From Candidatus Cloacimonadota bacterium (GTDB lineage Bacteria > Cloacimonadota > Cloacimonadia > Cloacimonadales > TCS61), in the NCBI GenBank assembly GCA_030445745.1, contig JASUTE010000003.1, positions 78,725 through 142,724 on the forward strand: a stretch of 64,000 bases of DNA, read 5' to 3'. The notes under the pieces are model-generated. The model was not told the origin of the DNA. It ran no database searches and was given only the letters and a program-made list of their open reading frames with translations. Positions 9,318-20,000 of this stretch are shown in pieces. How positions within the stretch are numbered: position 1 is the first letter of the stretch; each line of letters opens with the position of its first letter. Made by a program: the position numbers and the translations under genes.

Positions 9318-12300
9318 TGAAAAAACTCTTTATAATATCTTTTACAACTCTGTGTGTATATTTAGCAGCATACAATTTCTATTCTCCGGTATGGCGCTGG
9401 CAAAATATCAATACAGCTGAATCACCAATAAAATTTTCGCAGCAGAGAATAATAGATAACTCTATACATGTTTGGCAAGATAGTACCCTTATTAGTTCTG
9501 AATTTTATGAAGTCGATACTGAAGCTGGGGAAATATCTTTTCAACAGGATATTGGTTTCGTGCGATTAGAGTATGCTATTTATCCACAGGAATTGTTGCA
9601 GGAATATGCGGTTTACAAATCACAACCTATCACAAATAATAAAAAAATCCAAATCAAAAAGCCTTTTTTAGAAGAAATATACGATGATACTCAGCTCAAT
9701 ATTACCGGTAACAAGACTTTTAAGATCTCAGTTGCCAACAACCAAGATTTTACTCTCGATCAATCCCTTTTCCTTAAAATAGATGGTAAACTAGGAGAAA
9801 ATCTATTTATAACGGCACAGCTCACCGACAGTCAATCGCCTATAACACCAGAGGGTGACACTCGCGAAATTAGTAATTTGGATAAAGTTTATCTACGTTT
9901 GTATGGCCAAAAATATGGAATTTCTTTTGGCGATTTGGAAGCCAGTTTTCATAATACTCATTTTATTAATTTCCAAACAAGATTTGAAGGCTTAAAAGCG
10001 GAATGGCTAGGGAAAAATAAAGCTATGGCAGCTTTAGCTGTTTCCAAAGGCAAGCAGACAACCAATACTTTTAATGGAATTGAAGGGAAACAGGGACCTT
10101 ACTACCTTTCTGCTAAAAATATGAATGGCGTGCAAGTGGTATCTGGCTCTGAAAATGTATTTTTAAATGGAAAGCAAATGCAACGGGGTTCCGATTATAC
10201 TATCGATTATGCTGAAGGTAGTATCACTTTTACCAATCAGCATTTTATTAATTCCAACTCTTTCATCCAAGTAGATTTCCAATATTCCGATGAAGAATAC
10301 AGACAGAATATGTATCTGGCAGCTACAGAACTGGACACCTCTACTTTGGGTATTTCGGAGAGATTAAAACTTAATTCTCATATCATTATTCAGAATGATG
10401 ACAAAGATAATCCACTGCAGCAGAGTTTTACCGAAAGTGATAAAGAAGCTTTGCAAGCAGCAGGCGATGACGAAGTTTGGGTTAGCGGAGTAACACAGGT
10501 AGAACCGGGTACAGGTTTGTATATTCAGGTTCAGCAGGAAGACGAAGTTTATTACCAATATGTAGGTAGCGAAGGCGAAGGAGATTTCAATATCCATTTC
10601 AGTTATGTGGGAAGTGGCGGCGATTATGAGCCAGCAGATGAAGGCTATGTTTATGTAGGAGAGAATCAGGGAACATACCTGCCTATCAAACAACTTGTGC
10701 CGCCCCAGTTTCAAGCTAACTACGATTTTGCTTTGTCATATCAGCACAATTGGTGGCAACTAAATATGGAATCGCTGCTTTCCAATTTTGATAAGAATAC
10801 TTTTTCTGAAGTAGACGATGGAGATAATTTTGGGTTAGCCACCTATACAGACTTGCAAATTTTGCCAAATTGGGATAAACTAAATCCCCATTTAACTCTC
10901 GCTTTCAGAAGAACAGAAGATAACTTAGAGACTTTTGCTCCTCTTACTTCTGCCATACAAAATTATCAATTAAATTCACTGCCAGATTCTCTGACTGTGA
11001 ATGAATATGAGCTGGATCTACAAGCAGATATACTGAATCAATTGCAGCCTGCCATAAATTTACAATACAAAGATGCGCAAAAAGTAACACAAAAGTATGT
11101 GAACTCAAAGCTAAGTAGCAGGCAAAGATTCTATTTACCAAAATTGGAGTATGATTTTTTAACCTGGCAACAACATTACAAAGATAACAACCTGAATATT
11201 AGCGGAGCGAACCAGATAGAACTTTTACAGCACAATATAAAAACTACTTACGACTGGGAAAAGATAGTTTGGAACGCAGGTTATTTTTACAAGAAAAAAA
11301 CAAATGATAGCGCTAGCCTTGAATACAACGGAGAAAAACAGAACAATTGGAATAGCAGAATTTCTTATACTGATGATAATAAATTTTCAGTCAGTGTCCA
11401 TTGGACTAAAGAAACCACCGATTCTTTGAATACAGTTTGGAAAAATAAGTTACAAGCTAATACTTATGGTTTTCAAACATTTTGGAATACGCAATCTCAT
11501 CAAATAAATATTGATTTAGCGCGTAGAGACACTCACAAGGACACTTATGACATGGCCGAAATCCGCCTTTCCAATTCACTTTGGAATGATGCGCTAGCTT
11601 CCAATATGGACTACTCACTGCAAAATGTAGAGTTTTATCCCAAACAGCGAGAATTGGTATATGTTGGTGAAGAATATGGACTTTACGACAGCACTGGCAC
11701 TTATGCTGAGGATGGTGAATATATTTGGGAAATTACTGAAGTAGATTACGATAATCCACAACTTTCCATAGAAGTTAATGCCAATTTCAACTTATATTTG
11801 AAACCGGCTAAAGTAACCAATAGTTTTTGGCGTCGCTTTGAAGCTGAGACAAATCTTTTGGTATCAGAAAATTCCAAAAGTACTCATAAAACTTCTGTTT
11901 ATTTGTTGCAACCTGAATATTTAATGCAACCCAATTCAACCCTGTATGGTAAAACTAATTTCTACCAAACTGTATGGCTCGATATTTGGCACCGCAAATT
12001 AACTGGCAAAATAGCTTATCAGCATCAAAAAAGTTTAGATAACCGTTATCAGAACCGGGAAGAATCTTTGCTTTCGGAGTGGGAAACTAGTTTGCGCTCA
12101 CGCTTCATAAGCGGACATGATATCGAGCTTTCCTATTTTAAAAGCAAGGAAGAAGATTCCTATTACAATTCCGATATCTCGGCACATTCATTAAACTTGG
12201 ATATTCGCAGCAAACTACGCACTCAATTTATTTTGAATACAGCGATTAACTACGATAGAGAAGCAGGAGAAAATAGATTAGAGGATGAGGACTATACTCT

Positions 12301-12574
12301 GAAAAGTTGGGATGTAAGTGAAAATATAACATATTTCGGTAACCAAAAGTACCGTTTTGTAGCCCGCCTCTCGTATAGGAGGAATTGGCGAGATGGTTCT
12401 AGTTTTCTTGGTTATTTACCCGAAAAGCGGGAAGGAGACATTTGGAAATGGAAGGCAAGCTGGAACTATCAGATAAACAGCTACACTTCTACAAATTTGG
12501 AATATACTGGTGAAAGTTTCCCTAACCAAAAAGATAAACATGAACTGCAGGTAGAACTGAAAGCTGAATTTTAA
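9317..12574 (+). CDS. Large exported outer-membrane beta-barrel protein, hypothetical (SprA-like elements)
   Basis: Signal peptide; amphipathic beta-strand pattern; C-terminal ELKAEF with terminal Phe. Confidence 0.6.
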   Translation: MKKLFIISFTTLCVYLAAYNFYSPVWRWQNINTAESPIKFSQQRIIDNSIHVWQDSTLISSEFYEVDTEAGEISFQQDIGFVRLEYAIYPQELLQEYAVYKSQPITNNKKIQIKKPFLEEIYDDTQLNITGNKTFKISVANNQDFTLDQSLFLKIDGKLGENLFITAQLTDSQSPITPEGDTREISNLDKVYLRLYGQKYGISFGDLEASFHNTHFINFQTRFEGLKAEWLGKNKAMAALAVSKGKQTTNTFNGIEGKQGPYYLSAKNMNGVQVVSGSENVFLNGKQMQRGSDYTIDYAEGSITFTNQHFINSNSFIQVDFQYSDEEYRQNMYLAATELDTSTLGISERLKLNSHIIIQNDDKDNPLQQSFTESDKEALQAAGDDEVWVSGVTQVEPGTGLYIQVQQEDEVYYQYVGSEGEGDFNIHFSYVGSGGDYEPADEGYVYVGENQGTYLPIKQLVPPQFQANYDFALSYQHNWWQLNMESLLSNFDKNTFSEVDDGDNFGLATYTDLQILPNWDKLNPHLTLAFRRTEDNLETFAPLTSAIQNYQLNSLPDSLTVNEYELDLQADILNQLQPAINLQYKDAQKVTQKYVNSKLSSRQRFYLPKLEYDFLTWQQHYKDNNLNISGANQIELLQHNIKTTYDWEKIVWNAGYFYKKKTNDSASLEYNGEKQNNWNSRISYTDDNKFSVSVHWTKETTDSLNTVWKNKLQANTYGFQTFWNTQSHQINIDLARRDTHKDTYDMAEIRLSNSLWNDALASNMDYSLQNVEFYPKQRELVYVGEEYGLYDSTGTYAEDGEYIWEITEVDYDNPQLSIEVNANFNLYLKPAKVTNSFWRRFEAETNLLVSENSKSTHKTSVYLLQPEYLMQPNSTLYGKTNFYQTVWLDIWHRKLTGKIAYQHQKSLDNRYQNREESLLSEWETSLRSRFISGHDIELSYFKSKEEDSYYNSDISAHSLNLDIRSKLRTQFILNTAINYDREAGENRLEDEDYTLKSWDVSENITYFGNQKYRFVARLSYRRNWRDGSSFLGYLPEKREGDIWKWKASWNYQINSYTSTNLEYTGESFPNQKDKHELQVELKAEF

Positions 12575-12625
12575 AAAATTACTTGCCTTTAGAATTTAAA
12601 ATGTAATCTTAGTACAATTATTGGA

Positions 12626-13231
12626 ATGGGAGAAATTATGCTGGAAAATATCGAAAATTCATTGAACAACGCTTATAAATGTGTAAAACAATTTATCAAT
12701 GAAGAAAGCAACCTGATAAAAATTGAGCAGATCAGTACCAAAATTGCTGCTGCTTTCCAAAATAAGAATAAAGTTCTTATCTGTGGAAATGGCGGTAGTG
12801 CTGCCGATGCTATCCATTTTGCCGAAGAATTTACTGGCCGCTTTCAACAAGATAGGAAAGCATTGCCCGTTATTCCGCTTACAGATGCAGCCCACATTAC
12901 CTGTGTTGGCAACGACTACGGTTTCGACGAGATCTTTGCCCGCGGAGTGCAAGCTTATGGCATCCCTGGAGATGTTTTTATCGGAATTTCTACCAGCGGA
13001 AATTCACAAAATGTATCCAAAGCATTGCAAACTGCTAAAGAAGATGGGCTTTTAACCATAACTTTTTTAGGAAAAACCGGTGGCCAGATGAAAGGAAAAG
13101 CAGATCTGGAAATCGTTTTTCCTGGTGCAGATACAGCTCGCATCCAGGAATTGCAGATGCTAGCATTGCATATTATTATCGAGAGTGTGGAACATCTTCT
13201 TTTCCCACAAAATTACCAAAAGCAAACATGA
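12626..13231 (+). CDS. gmhA: Phosphoheptose isomerase
   Basis: [23 protein letters not shown] and TARIQE motifs; start may be ATG 12638. Confidence 0.93.
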   Translation: MGEIMLENIENSLNNAYKCVKQFINEESNLIKIEQISTKIAAAFQNKNKVLICGNGGSAADAIHFAEEFTGRFQQDRKALPVIPLTDAAHITCVGNDYGFDEIFARGVQAYGIPGDVFIGISTSGNSQNVSKALQTAKEDGLLTITFLGKTGGQMKGKADLEIVFPGADTARIQELQMLALHIIIESVEHLLFPQNYQKQT

Positions 13232-13665
13232 AAATAGTACTACAACGAGTAAAAGAAGCTACTGTAAAAGTAGATGGTGAGCTGATTTCAGAAATCGGGC
13301 CAGGATTGCTGTTATTTTTGGGTGTGGGAAAAGAAGATGGTTTCACACAGCTAGAATGGTTGGCCAAAAAAGTGATTGGCCTGCGTATTTTTGAAGATCA
13401 GCATGGCAAAATGAACCTTTCTGTGCAGGATATTGGTGGACAGATCTTGCTGGTTTCACAATTTACTTTGTATGCTGATTGCCGCAAGGGTCACCGCCCT
13501 GGCTTCGCTAATGCTGCTGCGCCACCACTGGCAGAAGAACTTTACCATGAATTTGCCGCCAAATTGGAGGAGTTGGGAAATAAACCTAAACTGGGTAAGT
13601 TTGCTGCTGATATGAAAATAGAACTGACAAATGATGGCCCGGTAACCATAATTTTGGAAAGATAA
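13228..13665 (+). CDS. dtd: D-aminoacyl-tRNA deacylase
   Basis: QRV, SQFTL and NDGPVT motifs. Confidence 0.96.
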   Translation: MKIVLQRVKEATVKVDGELISEIGPGLLLFLGVGKEDGFTQLEWLAKKVIGLRIFEDQHGKMNLSVQDIGGQILLVSQFTLYADCRKGHRPGFANAAAPPLAEELYHEFAAKLEELGNKPKLGKFAADMKIELTNDGPVTIILER

Positions 13666-13668
13666 CTT

Positions 13669-14274
13669 ATGCAGATAGAAAATATTATCTTTGATTTGGG
13701 GAATGTGCTTATTGATGTTGATTTTGAGGTTTTTTATCAGAAATTGGGCTATGTTCCCAGTCAAATTGACCTAAAAAAAGCTAAAAAGGTGATAAAACAT
13801 TTTGAAGCGGGCAAAATTTCGGTAGAAGATTTTATTTATGAATTGAATAAAAAATGGAATCTGCAAGTTTCTGTAAGTAATTTCAAAAAAATCTGGACAA
13901 ATCTATTTAGTGCCAATCAGCAGATGATAGCCTTAGCAGAAGAGCTAAGCCAAAAATATCCGGTTTATATTCTGTCCAATACAGACGAGATTCATTTTCC
14001 ATATATTTGGAATAATTTTCCTGAACTTCATTTTTTCCAGGATAGATTATTGCTTTCCTACAAGCTGGGAATAGTAAAACCAAATCCGCAGATCTACCAA
14101 ATTGCTTGCCAAAAGTTTAACCTAATTCCCGAATCGACAATTTTTATTGATGATAAAGCTGAAAATATAGAAGCTGCCCGCAAATTTGGTTTTAATGGTA
14201 TAGTTCACAAAAACTACAAGCAAACTAAACAAGAATTGGATAAATTATTAAAGAAGAGAGAGGATTTACAATGA
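13669..14274 (+). CDS. HAD-IA family phosphatase (YihX-like)
   Basis: FDLGNVL, LSNT, KPNPQIY and FIDD motifs. Confidence 0.85.
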   Translation: MQIENIIFDLGNVLIDVDFEVFYQKLGYVPSQIDLKKAKKVIKHFEAGKISVEDFIYELNKKWNLQVSVSNFKKIWTNLFSANQQMIALAEELSQKYPVYILSNTDEIHFPYIWNNFPELHFFQDRLLLSYKLGIVKPNPQIYQIACQKFNLIPESTIFIDDKAENIEAARKFGFNGIVHKNYKQTKQELDKLLKKREDLQ

Positions 14275-15098
14275 AAAGAATTGCAATAGCTTTGTTTTTG
14301 CTAATTCTGCTGGCTGCCTGCACAAACCAGGAAGCAGGACAGCAAAATGGCTGGGGCGAGGAATTTTGGCAAGATAGCACTTTTGTGCAAACCCGCGTGG
14401 ATGCCAGCAACTTAGATAAAGGCTTAATCCGAGCCAATATTTCTGGTAAATGGCAGTTGTATGAAATTACCAATCTACCAGAGGAATTTTTAGAATGGAG
14501 TTTAGGTAAGCGCCAGCAAACTTTGGAAAATATTAGGAAGGGCAAGCTGCCTTCCTTGGCTGGGCCACACAATGGTATTGTGGCTACCTATGGCTATCAG
14601 CGGGCAGATTCCCAATTCAAGCTGAATAATGCTGTAAAAGGAATGGGATATCTTCCTAAACCAGAAAAAATGGCAGAAGTGATAGAACTTTTAGAAACCA
14701 CTATTGATGATGAGATGCCAGCTAAATTGGATATTTTAAAAGAGCTCTACCAGCAAGGTGACGAAACTTGGGATACTACCAAACAAGTTTCTTTGGAGCT
14801 GTATTCTACTCCTACCCGAGGAACCCAAACTTTCCTGAACCAGATGGCAAATCCTGTATCTGTTATTGTATTTATGGATATTCCTACTTTTAAATTGAAA
14901 ACAATAAGCTACTTACTGCACCCGGAAAATAGTAATCTAACCGAATATGAAAATAATGTGGTTAAATTTGTGAATTTGATGCATAGTTATTTCCATGGCA
15001 AGTTCGACAAAATATTCCCAGCAGTTGTTTATAACGTGGTGGAAGTTTACAATAGTTCGCCTGGCACTAAAGAGGGAAGAGGTACAAAAATAGAATAA
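14271..15098 (+). CDS. Hypothetical lipoprotein, possible FMN-binding split-barrel-like fold
   Basis: Lipobox LLAAC; C-terminal half resembles the pyridoxamine-oxidase-like split-barrel pattern (T.TF.N..NP...IVF). Confidence 0.5.
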   Translation: MKRIAIALFLLILLAACTNQEAGQQNGWGEEFWQDSTFVQTRVDASNLDKGLIRANISGKWQLYEITNLPEEFLEWSLGKRQQTLENIRKGKLPSLAGPHNGIVATYGYQRADSQFKLNNAVKGMGYLPKPEKMAEVIELLETTIDDEMPAKLDILKELYQQGDETWDTTKQVSLELYSTPTRGTQTFLNQMANPVSVIVFMDIPTFKLKTISYLLHPENSNLTEYENNVVKFVNLMHSYFHGKFDKIFPAVVYNVVEVYNSSPGTKEGRGTKIE

Positions 15099-15111
15099 TC
15101 TTCTAGGAAAT

Positions 15112-15146
15112 AAAAAAGCCCTCCGAAGTTTCGGAAGGCATTTTTT
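15112..15146. terminator. Bidirectional intrinsic terminator
   Basis: A6-GCC(C)TCCGAA-GT-TTCGGA(A)GGC-ATTTTTT between convergent genes. Confidence 0.85.
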
Positions 15147-15160
15147 ATGCTTGTAAGCTA

Positions 15161-17875
15161 TTATTCTTGTTCTTCTATTGCTGCCTGAGCAGCTGCTAAA
15201 CGGGCAATTGGCACACGATAGGGTGAACAGCTTACATAATTCATCCCTACTCTGTGACAGAATTTTACCGAGCTAGGTTCGCCACCGTGTTCACCACAGA
15301 TACCAACTTTAAGTTCTGGGTTAGTACTGCGGCCCTTTGCTGTACCCATTTCAACCAGTTGTCCTACACCAGTTTGGTCAAGAACCTGGAATGGATCAAC
15401 TTTTAGGAGGCCTTTTTCCAGATAGATAGGCAAGAATTTGCCTACATCATCGCGGCTGTAGCCAAAGGTCATCTGGGTAAGGTCGTTGGTTCCGAAACTG
15501 AAGAAATCGGCAACTTCGCCTATTTTATCGGCAGTTAAAGCTGCACGAGGAATTTCTATCATGGTTCCTACCAGATAATCGACTTTTTCGCCAGTTTCAT
15601 CGAATACTTTCTGTGCTGTTTCGTTAATAATTTCAGCCTGCATCTTGAATTCTTCTACTGTGCCAATAAGTGGTACCATGATTTCGGGCCGAGCATCGTG
15701 GCCAGCTTTTTTGGCATTTATCGCTGCTTCGATTATAGCGCGTACCTGCATTTCGGTGATTTCGGGATAGGTGTTTCCTAAACGGCAGCCACGATGGCCT
15801 AACATTGGGTTAACTTCATGCAGAGAATCAACTTTTGCTTTGATTTTTTCTACATCTACACCAAGTTCTTTAGCCATTTCCTGCTGATTTTTTTCTTCAT
15901 TGGGAACAAATTCGTGCAAGGGTGGGTCAAGTAAACGAATAGTAACGCCGTATCCACTCATAGCTTCGAATATACCTTCAAAGTCTTCTCTTTGGAAGGG
16001 CAGAAGTTTTTCTAAAGCTTTTCTGCGGCCTGCTTCATCATCTGCCAATATCATTTCGCGCATAGCTTTAATTCTACTACCTTCAAAGAACATATGTTCT
16101 GTACGAGTGAGGCCGATTCCTTTGGCACCAAATTTACGAGCAACTTGGGAATCGTGGGGAGTATCGGCATTGGTGCGTACATACATCTTGGTATATTTTT
16201 CGCATAACTCCATAAGTTGACCAAAGTAACCAGATAATTCCGGATCTTTAGTTTCAACTTCTCCTTTATAAACTTCGCCTGTAGTACCATTCAAAGAGAT
16301 CCAGTCTCCTTCGTGTAATTCTTTTCCATCAACAGTCATAACGCGTGTGCGATAATTTATTTTAATATGACCAGCACCTGAAACACAGCATTTACCCATA
16401 CCACGGGCAACCACAGCAGCGTGCGAAGTCATGCCACCACGAGCTGTTAGAATACCATTGGCCAGATTCATCCCTTCCAAATCTTCGGGGGAAGTTTCTA
16501 TACGGACCAAGATAGAGTTATCGAATTTACCAGCTTCATCGGCAAAGAATACTACTTGGCCAGTTGCTGCCCCGGGAGAGGCTGGTAAACCTTTGGTAAT
16601 TACTTCAGCACTTTTCAGAGCTTTATCTTCAAAAATAGGGTGTAGAAGTTCATCCAATTTATTTGGTTCTACTCTTTTCACAGCCGTTTTTTCATCGATC
16701 ATGCCCTCTTCAAGCATTTCCATAGCCATGCGTACCATGGCAGCACCAGTACGTTTACCAGTTCTGGTTTGCAGCAACCACAGTTTACCTTCCTGAATGG
16801 TGAATTCCAAATCTTGCATATCTTTGTAATGTTCTTCCAATTTTTGTTGGATGTCATCCAATTCTTTGTATATTTCGGGCATTGCTTCTTCCAATGAAGG
16901 ATATTTTTCTTTTCTTTCTTCTTCGGAAATACCTTGAAGTTTTGCCCAGCGTTTCGAACCCTCTTTGGTGATCTGTTGTGGAGTTCTAATTCCAGCAACA
17001 ACATCTTCACCCTGAGCATTGATAAGGTATTCACCATTGAAGATATTTTCTCCAGTTGCAGCATCGCGAGTGAAAGCTACACCGGTAGCAGATTTATCAC
17101 CCATATTTCCATAAACCATTGCCTGTACATTTACAGCTGTGCCCCAATCGTGGGGAATTTTGTTGATTTTGCGATAGTATTGAGCGCGCGGATTGTTCCA
17201 GCTTCCAAACACAGCAAAAATTGCTTTCCAAAGTTGTTCCCATGGATCTTCTGGGAATTCTTGATTGGTATTGTCTTTGATAGCTTTTTTAAAGCGAATT
17301 ACCAGTTCTTGCAAATCTTTTGTATCCAACTCGATATCGTTTTCTACACCTTTTTTTTCTTTTATATCTTCAATAATTTTTTCAAAAGGATCGATATCTT
17401 CTTTGGAGCTGGGTTTAAGTCCTAAAACCACATCCCCGTACATTTGCACAAAGCGGCGGTAGGAATCCCAGGCAAAACGTTCATTATTAGATTTTTTTGC
17501 CAGTCCTTCTACAGCTTGGTCATTCAAACCTAAGTTCAATACTGTATCCATCATACCTGGCATAGATACACGCGCACCGGAACGGACAGAAACCAAACAG
17601 GGGTTTTCACGATCGCCAAATTTAGCGCCCATCAGCTTTTCGATGTTGCGAATACCTGCCTCAACTTCATCTTTAAGCAATGCTCTGATTTTTTCTTCAC
17701 CTAATTCATTGTATTCAATGCAGGCATCTGTAGTGATGGTGAAACCAGGAGGAACAGGTACACCAACCAAGTTCATCTCCGCTAGGTTAGCTCCCTTACC
17801 ACCTAAAAGGTTTTTCATCTCTGTTTTACCTTCAGCTTTGCCATCGCCGAATAAATATACACGTTTTTTACTCAT
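15161..17875 (-). CDS. ppdK: Pyruvate, phosphate dikinase
   Basis: GGKGANLAEM, VSVRSGA, GGMTSHAAVVARG (phospho-His), EVNPMLGHRGCR and GICGEHGG motifs. Confidence 0.98.
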   Translation of the reverse strand: MSKKRVYLFGDGKAEGKTEMKNLLGGKGANLAEMNLVGVPVPPGFTITTDACIEYNELGEEKIRALLKDEVEAGIRNIEKLMGAKFGDRENPCLVSVRSGARVSMPGMMDTVLNLGLNDQAVEGLAKKSNNERFAWDSYRRFVQMYGDVVLGLKPSSKEDIDPFEKIIEDIKEKKGVENDIELDTKDLQELVIRFKKAIKDNTNQEFPEDPWEQLWKAIFAVFGSWNNPRAQYYRKINKIPHDWGTAVNVQAMVYGNMGDKSATGVAFTRDAATGENIFNGEYLINAQGEDVVAGIRTPQQITKEGSKRWAKLQGISEEERKEKYPSLEEAMPEIYKELDDIQQKLEEHYKDMQDLEFTIQEGKLWLLQTRTGKRTGAAMVRMAMEMLEEGMIDEKTAVKRVEPNKLDELLHPIFEDKALKSAEVITKGLPASPGAATGQVVFFADEAGKFDNSILVRIETSPEDLEGMNLANGILTARGGMTSHAAVVARGMGKCCVSGAGHIKINYRTRVMTVDGKELHEGDWISLNGTTGEVYKGEVETKDPELSGYFGQLMELCEKYTKMYVRTNADTPHDSQVARKFGAKGIGLTRTEHMFFEGSRIKAMREMILADDEAGRRKALEKLLPFQREDFEGIFEAMSGYGVTIRLLDPPLHEFVPNEEKNQQEMAKELGVDVEKIKAKVDSLHEVNPMLGHRGCRLGNTYPEITEMQVRAIIEAAINAKKAGHDARPEIMVPLIGTVEEFKMQAEIINETAQKVFDETGEKVDYLVGTMIEIPRAALTADKIGEVADFFSFGTNDLTQMTFGYSRDDVGKFLPIYLEKGLLKVDPFQVLDQTGVGQLVEMGTAKGRSTNPELKVGICGEHGGEPSSVKFCHRVGMNYVSCSPYRVPIARLAAAQAAIEEQE

Positions 17876-18097
17876 CTTCTCTCCTTAATTCTTTTAATTA
17901 TAACTAGTTACAACTATTCTCATTGAAATCCTACTTCTTGAATTAATCTTATACATCTGCTATTCTGTCAATCAAAAATCTAAATGACTTTCCTTTTTTA
18001 ACAAATTATTTTTATTTTCTTCGTTAATGGGAATTAGAAAAAAATGGACAAATAAACAATATTTTAAGATCTTACTCTCAGTTAGAAAGGAATTTTT

Positions 18098-19351
18098 ATG
18101 AGTATTTTAATTAAAAATGCAAAATTGAATGAGATTGAGCAAGATATTTTTATTCAAGGAAAATATATAAAAAAGATAGCACCTAACATAGATTGGGAGG
18201 CAGATACTATAATAGACGGGACTGGCATGGCTGCTTTGCCTTCTTTGATGAATGGACATTCCCATGCTGCTATGAATTTGTTGCGAGGTTATGCCGATGA
18301 TATGGCCCTGATGGATTGGTTGCAGAATAAAATTTGGCCTTTGGAAGCCAAGCTGACTGAAAATGATGTTTATTGGGGTAGTAAACTAGCTTTTTTGGAA
18401 ATGATAAAAAGTGGAACAACATTTTTCAATGATATGTACTGGCACTTTCATGGTACAGCCAGAGCTGCAGAAGAGATGGGACTGCGCGGAGTGGTAGCGG
18501 CAGCTCTGATAGACAATTTTCAAAAGAAAGATATGCAAGCTGCCAAAATATTAGTGCAAAAATTACTGGAAGAAAGCGGAAAATATAGCAGCAGAATTCA
18601 ATATGCGGTTGCTCCTCATGCTATTTACACAGTTTCCAAAGATACATTAATTTGGCTGCGCGATTTTGCCAAAGAACATAATTTACTTATTCATACCCAC
18701 CTATCCGAGACCCAAAACGAAGTAGAGCAAAGTCTGCAAAAATTTGGTAAAAGACCAGTGGAATATTTACACGACTTAGGTCTTTTAGGCCCTAATTTAG
18801 TTGTAGCACATGCTATTTGGTTAGATGAACGAGAATTGGAGTTATTAGCAGAAAATAATGTTAAGATAGTCCATACCCCAGCTTCTAATATGAAACTTTG
18901 CTCTGGCATTATGCCACTTCCTAAGATATTGGAAATGAATATTTTAACCTGTTTGGGCACTGATGGCACTAGTTCCAATAATAATTTGGATATTATCGAA
19001 GAGATGAAAATAGCTTCTTTACTGCACAAGGTAAATAGCCGTGACCCACAGCAGGCCAATGCTCAGCAGGTTTTTCAGTTGGCTACCTTGAATGCAGCTA
19101 AAATTTTTGCTATACCAGCTGGTGAAATCGCTGTAGGCAAGTTAGCTGACCTTATTCTGGTCAATTTGGATGCTGTAAGCCTGGTTCCAGGTTTTAATTT
19201 GATCTCGGATATAGTTTATTCAGCAAATGGCAGTTGTGTGGATACGACTATATGCGATGGCAAAGTTTTAATGCAAAATCGGCATGTGGAAGGAGAAGAA
19301 GAGATAATAGCCAATGCCAGAAAAGTTGCAAACGATCTGGTAAAACGATAA
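18098..19351 (+). CDS. mtaD: 5'-methylthioadenosine/S-adenosylhomocysteine (5'-deoxyadenosine) deaminase, amidohydrolase superfamily
   Basis: HSHAAM, WLQNKIWPLE, GTTFFNDMY, PHAIYT, HLSET, SNMKL and GTDG..SNN motifs. Confidence 0.85.
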   Translation: MSILIKNAKLNEIEQDIFIQGKYIKKIAPNIDWEADTIIDGTGMAALPSLMNGHSHAAMNLLRGYADDMALMDWLQNKIWPLEAKLTENDVYWGSKLAFLEMIKSGTTFFNDMYWHFHGTARAAEEMGLRGVVAAALIDNFQKKDMQAAKILVQKLLEESGKYSSRIQYAVAPHAIYTVSKDTLIWLRDFAKEHNLLIHTHLSETQNEVEQSLQKFGKRPVEYLHDLGLLGPNLVVAHAIWLDERELELLAENNVKIVHTPASNMKLCSGIMPLPKILEMNILTCLGTDGTSSNNNLDIIEEMKIASLLHKVNSRDPQQANAQQVFQLATLNAAKIFAIPAGEIAVGKLADLILVNLDAVSLVPGFNLISDIVYSANGSCVDTTICDGKVLMQNRHVEGEEEIIANARKVANDLVKR

Positions 19352-19427
19352 ATATTCTCCAGAAAATTAGACTCATTCACTAAAAATTTCCAGTATATGC
19401 TTGTTGCTGGTGTTTCGCTTTTGATCT

Positions 19428-20000
19428 CTACCCTTTATCAATAATATCTAAAATTTGTTTGCCAGCACTATTCATGTTAGCTGCCATAGAAATAAAACCA
19501 TGCTGTTTGATAAGCAAAATATCATAGTTAGCACAGATCTTTAGTACTTCTTTAATTTGGGCATAGGAACCATAGGGCTGTTTTTTTGCAGTTATAGGAA
19601 TATTGTATTGGGAAATTAGTTTGGAATTCAGCAGGTTATGTCCATGGAAAATAGCATTTACCTTTGGCCGTTTGGTGTAAAGCGCATAGTGCAAAATAGC
19701 TTCGGAAGAGGGCTGCTGCTTGCCTTCCACAAATACAGTGTTTCCTTTGATTTTTTTTACTAAAACCAGTTGGGAAGCAGAGATATTTTGCAGATTGGCA
19801 CCTGTGGCTGTGATTATGAAGCCATTTGAGCAGCGGAAACTAAGGTTACCACCAAAACCGCCACCGGGTAGAGCTGGTGAAAGCCCCTTTTGGGCAAAGA
19901 TACTACACCATTTTTTTAATTCCGAGATTTGCGAATGCTGCACTGGTTGCTGGCTAAGAAAATTAGTAGTAAATTTGGTGCCAATGTATTTTTCGCTCAT
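19428..20000 (-). CDS. Class II aldolase/adducin family protein
   Basis: GNLSFR, ITATG, PSSE..LH, AIFHGH and QHG zinc-site motifs; ATGA coupling to mtnA. Confidence 0.82.
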   Translation of the reverse strand: MSEKYIGTKFTTNFLSQQPVQHSQISELKKWCSIFAQKGLSPALPGGGFGGNLSFRCSNGFIITATGANLQNISASQLVLVKKIKGNTVFVEGKQQPSSEAILHYALYTKRPKVNAIFHGHNLLNSKLISQYNIPITAKKQPYGSYAQIKEVLKICANYDILLIKQHGFISMAANMNSAGKQILDIIDKG

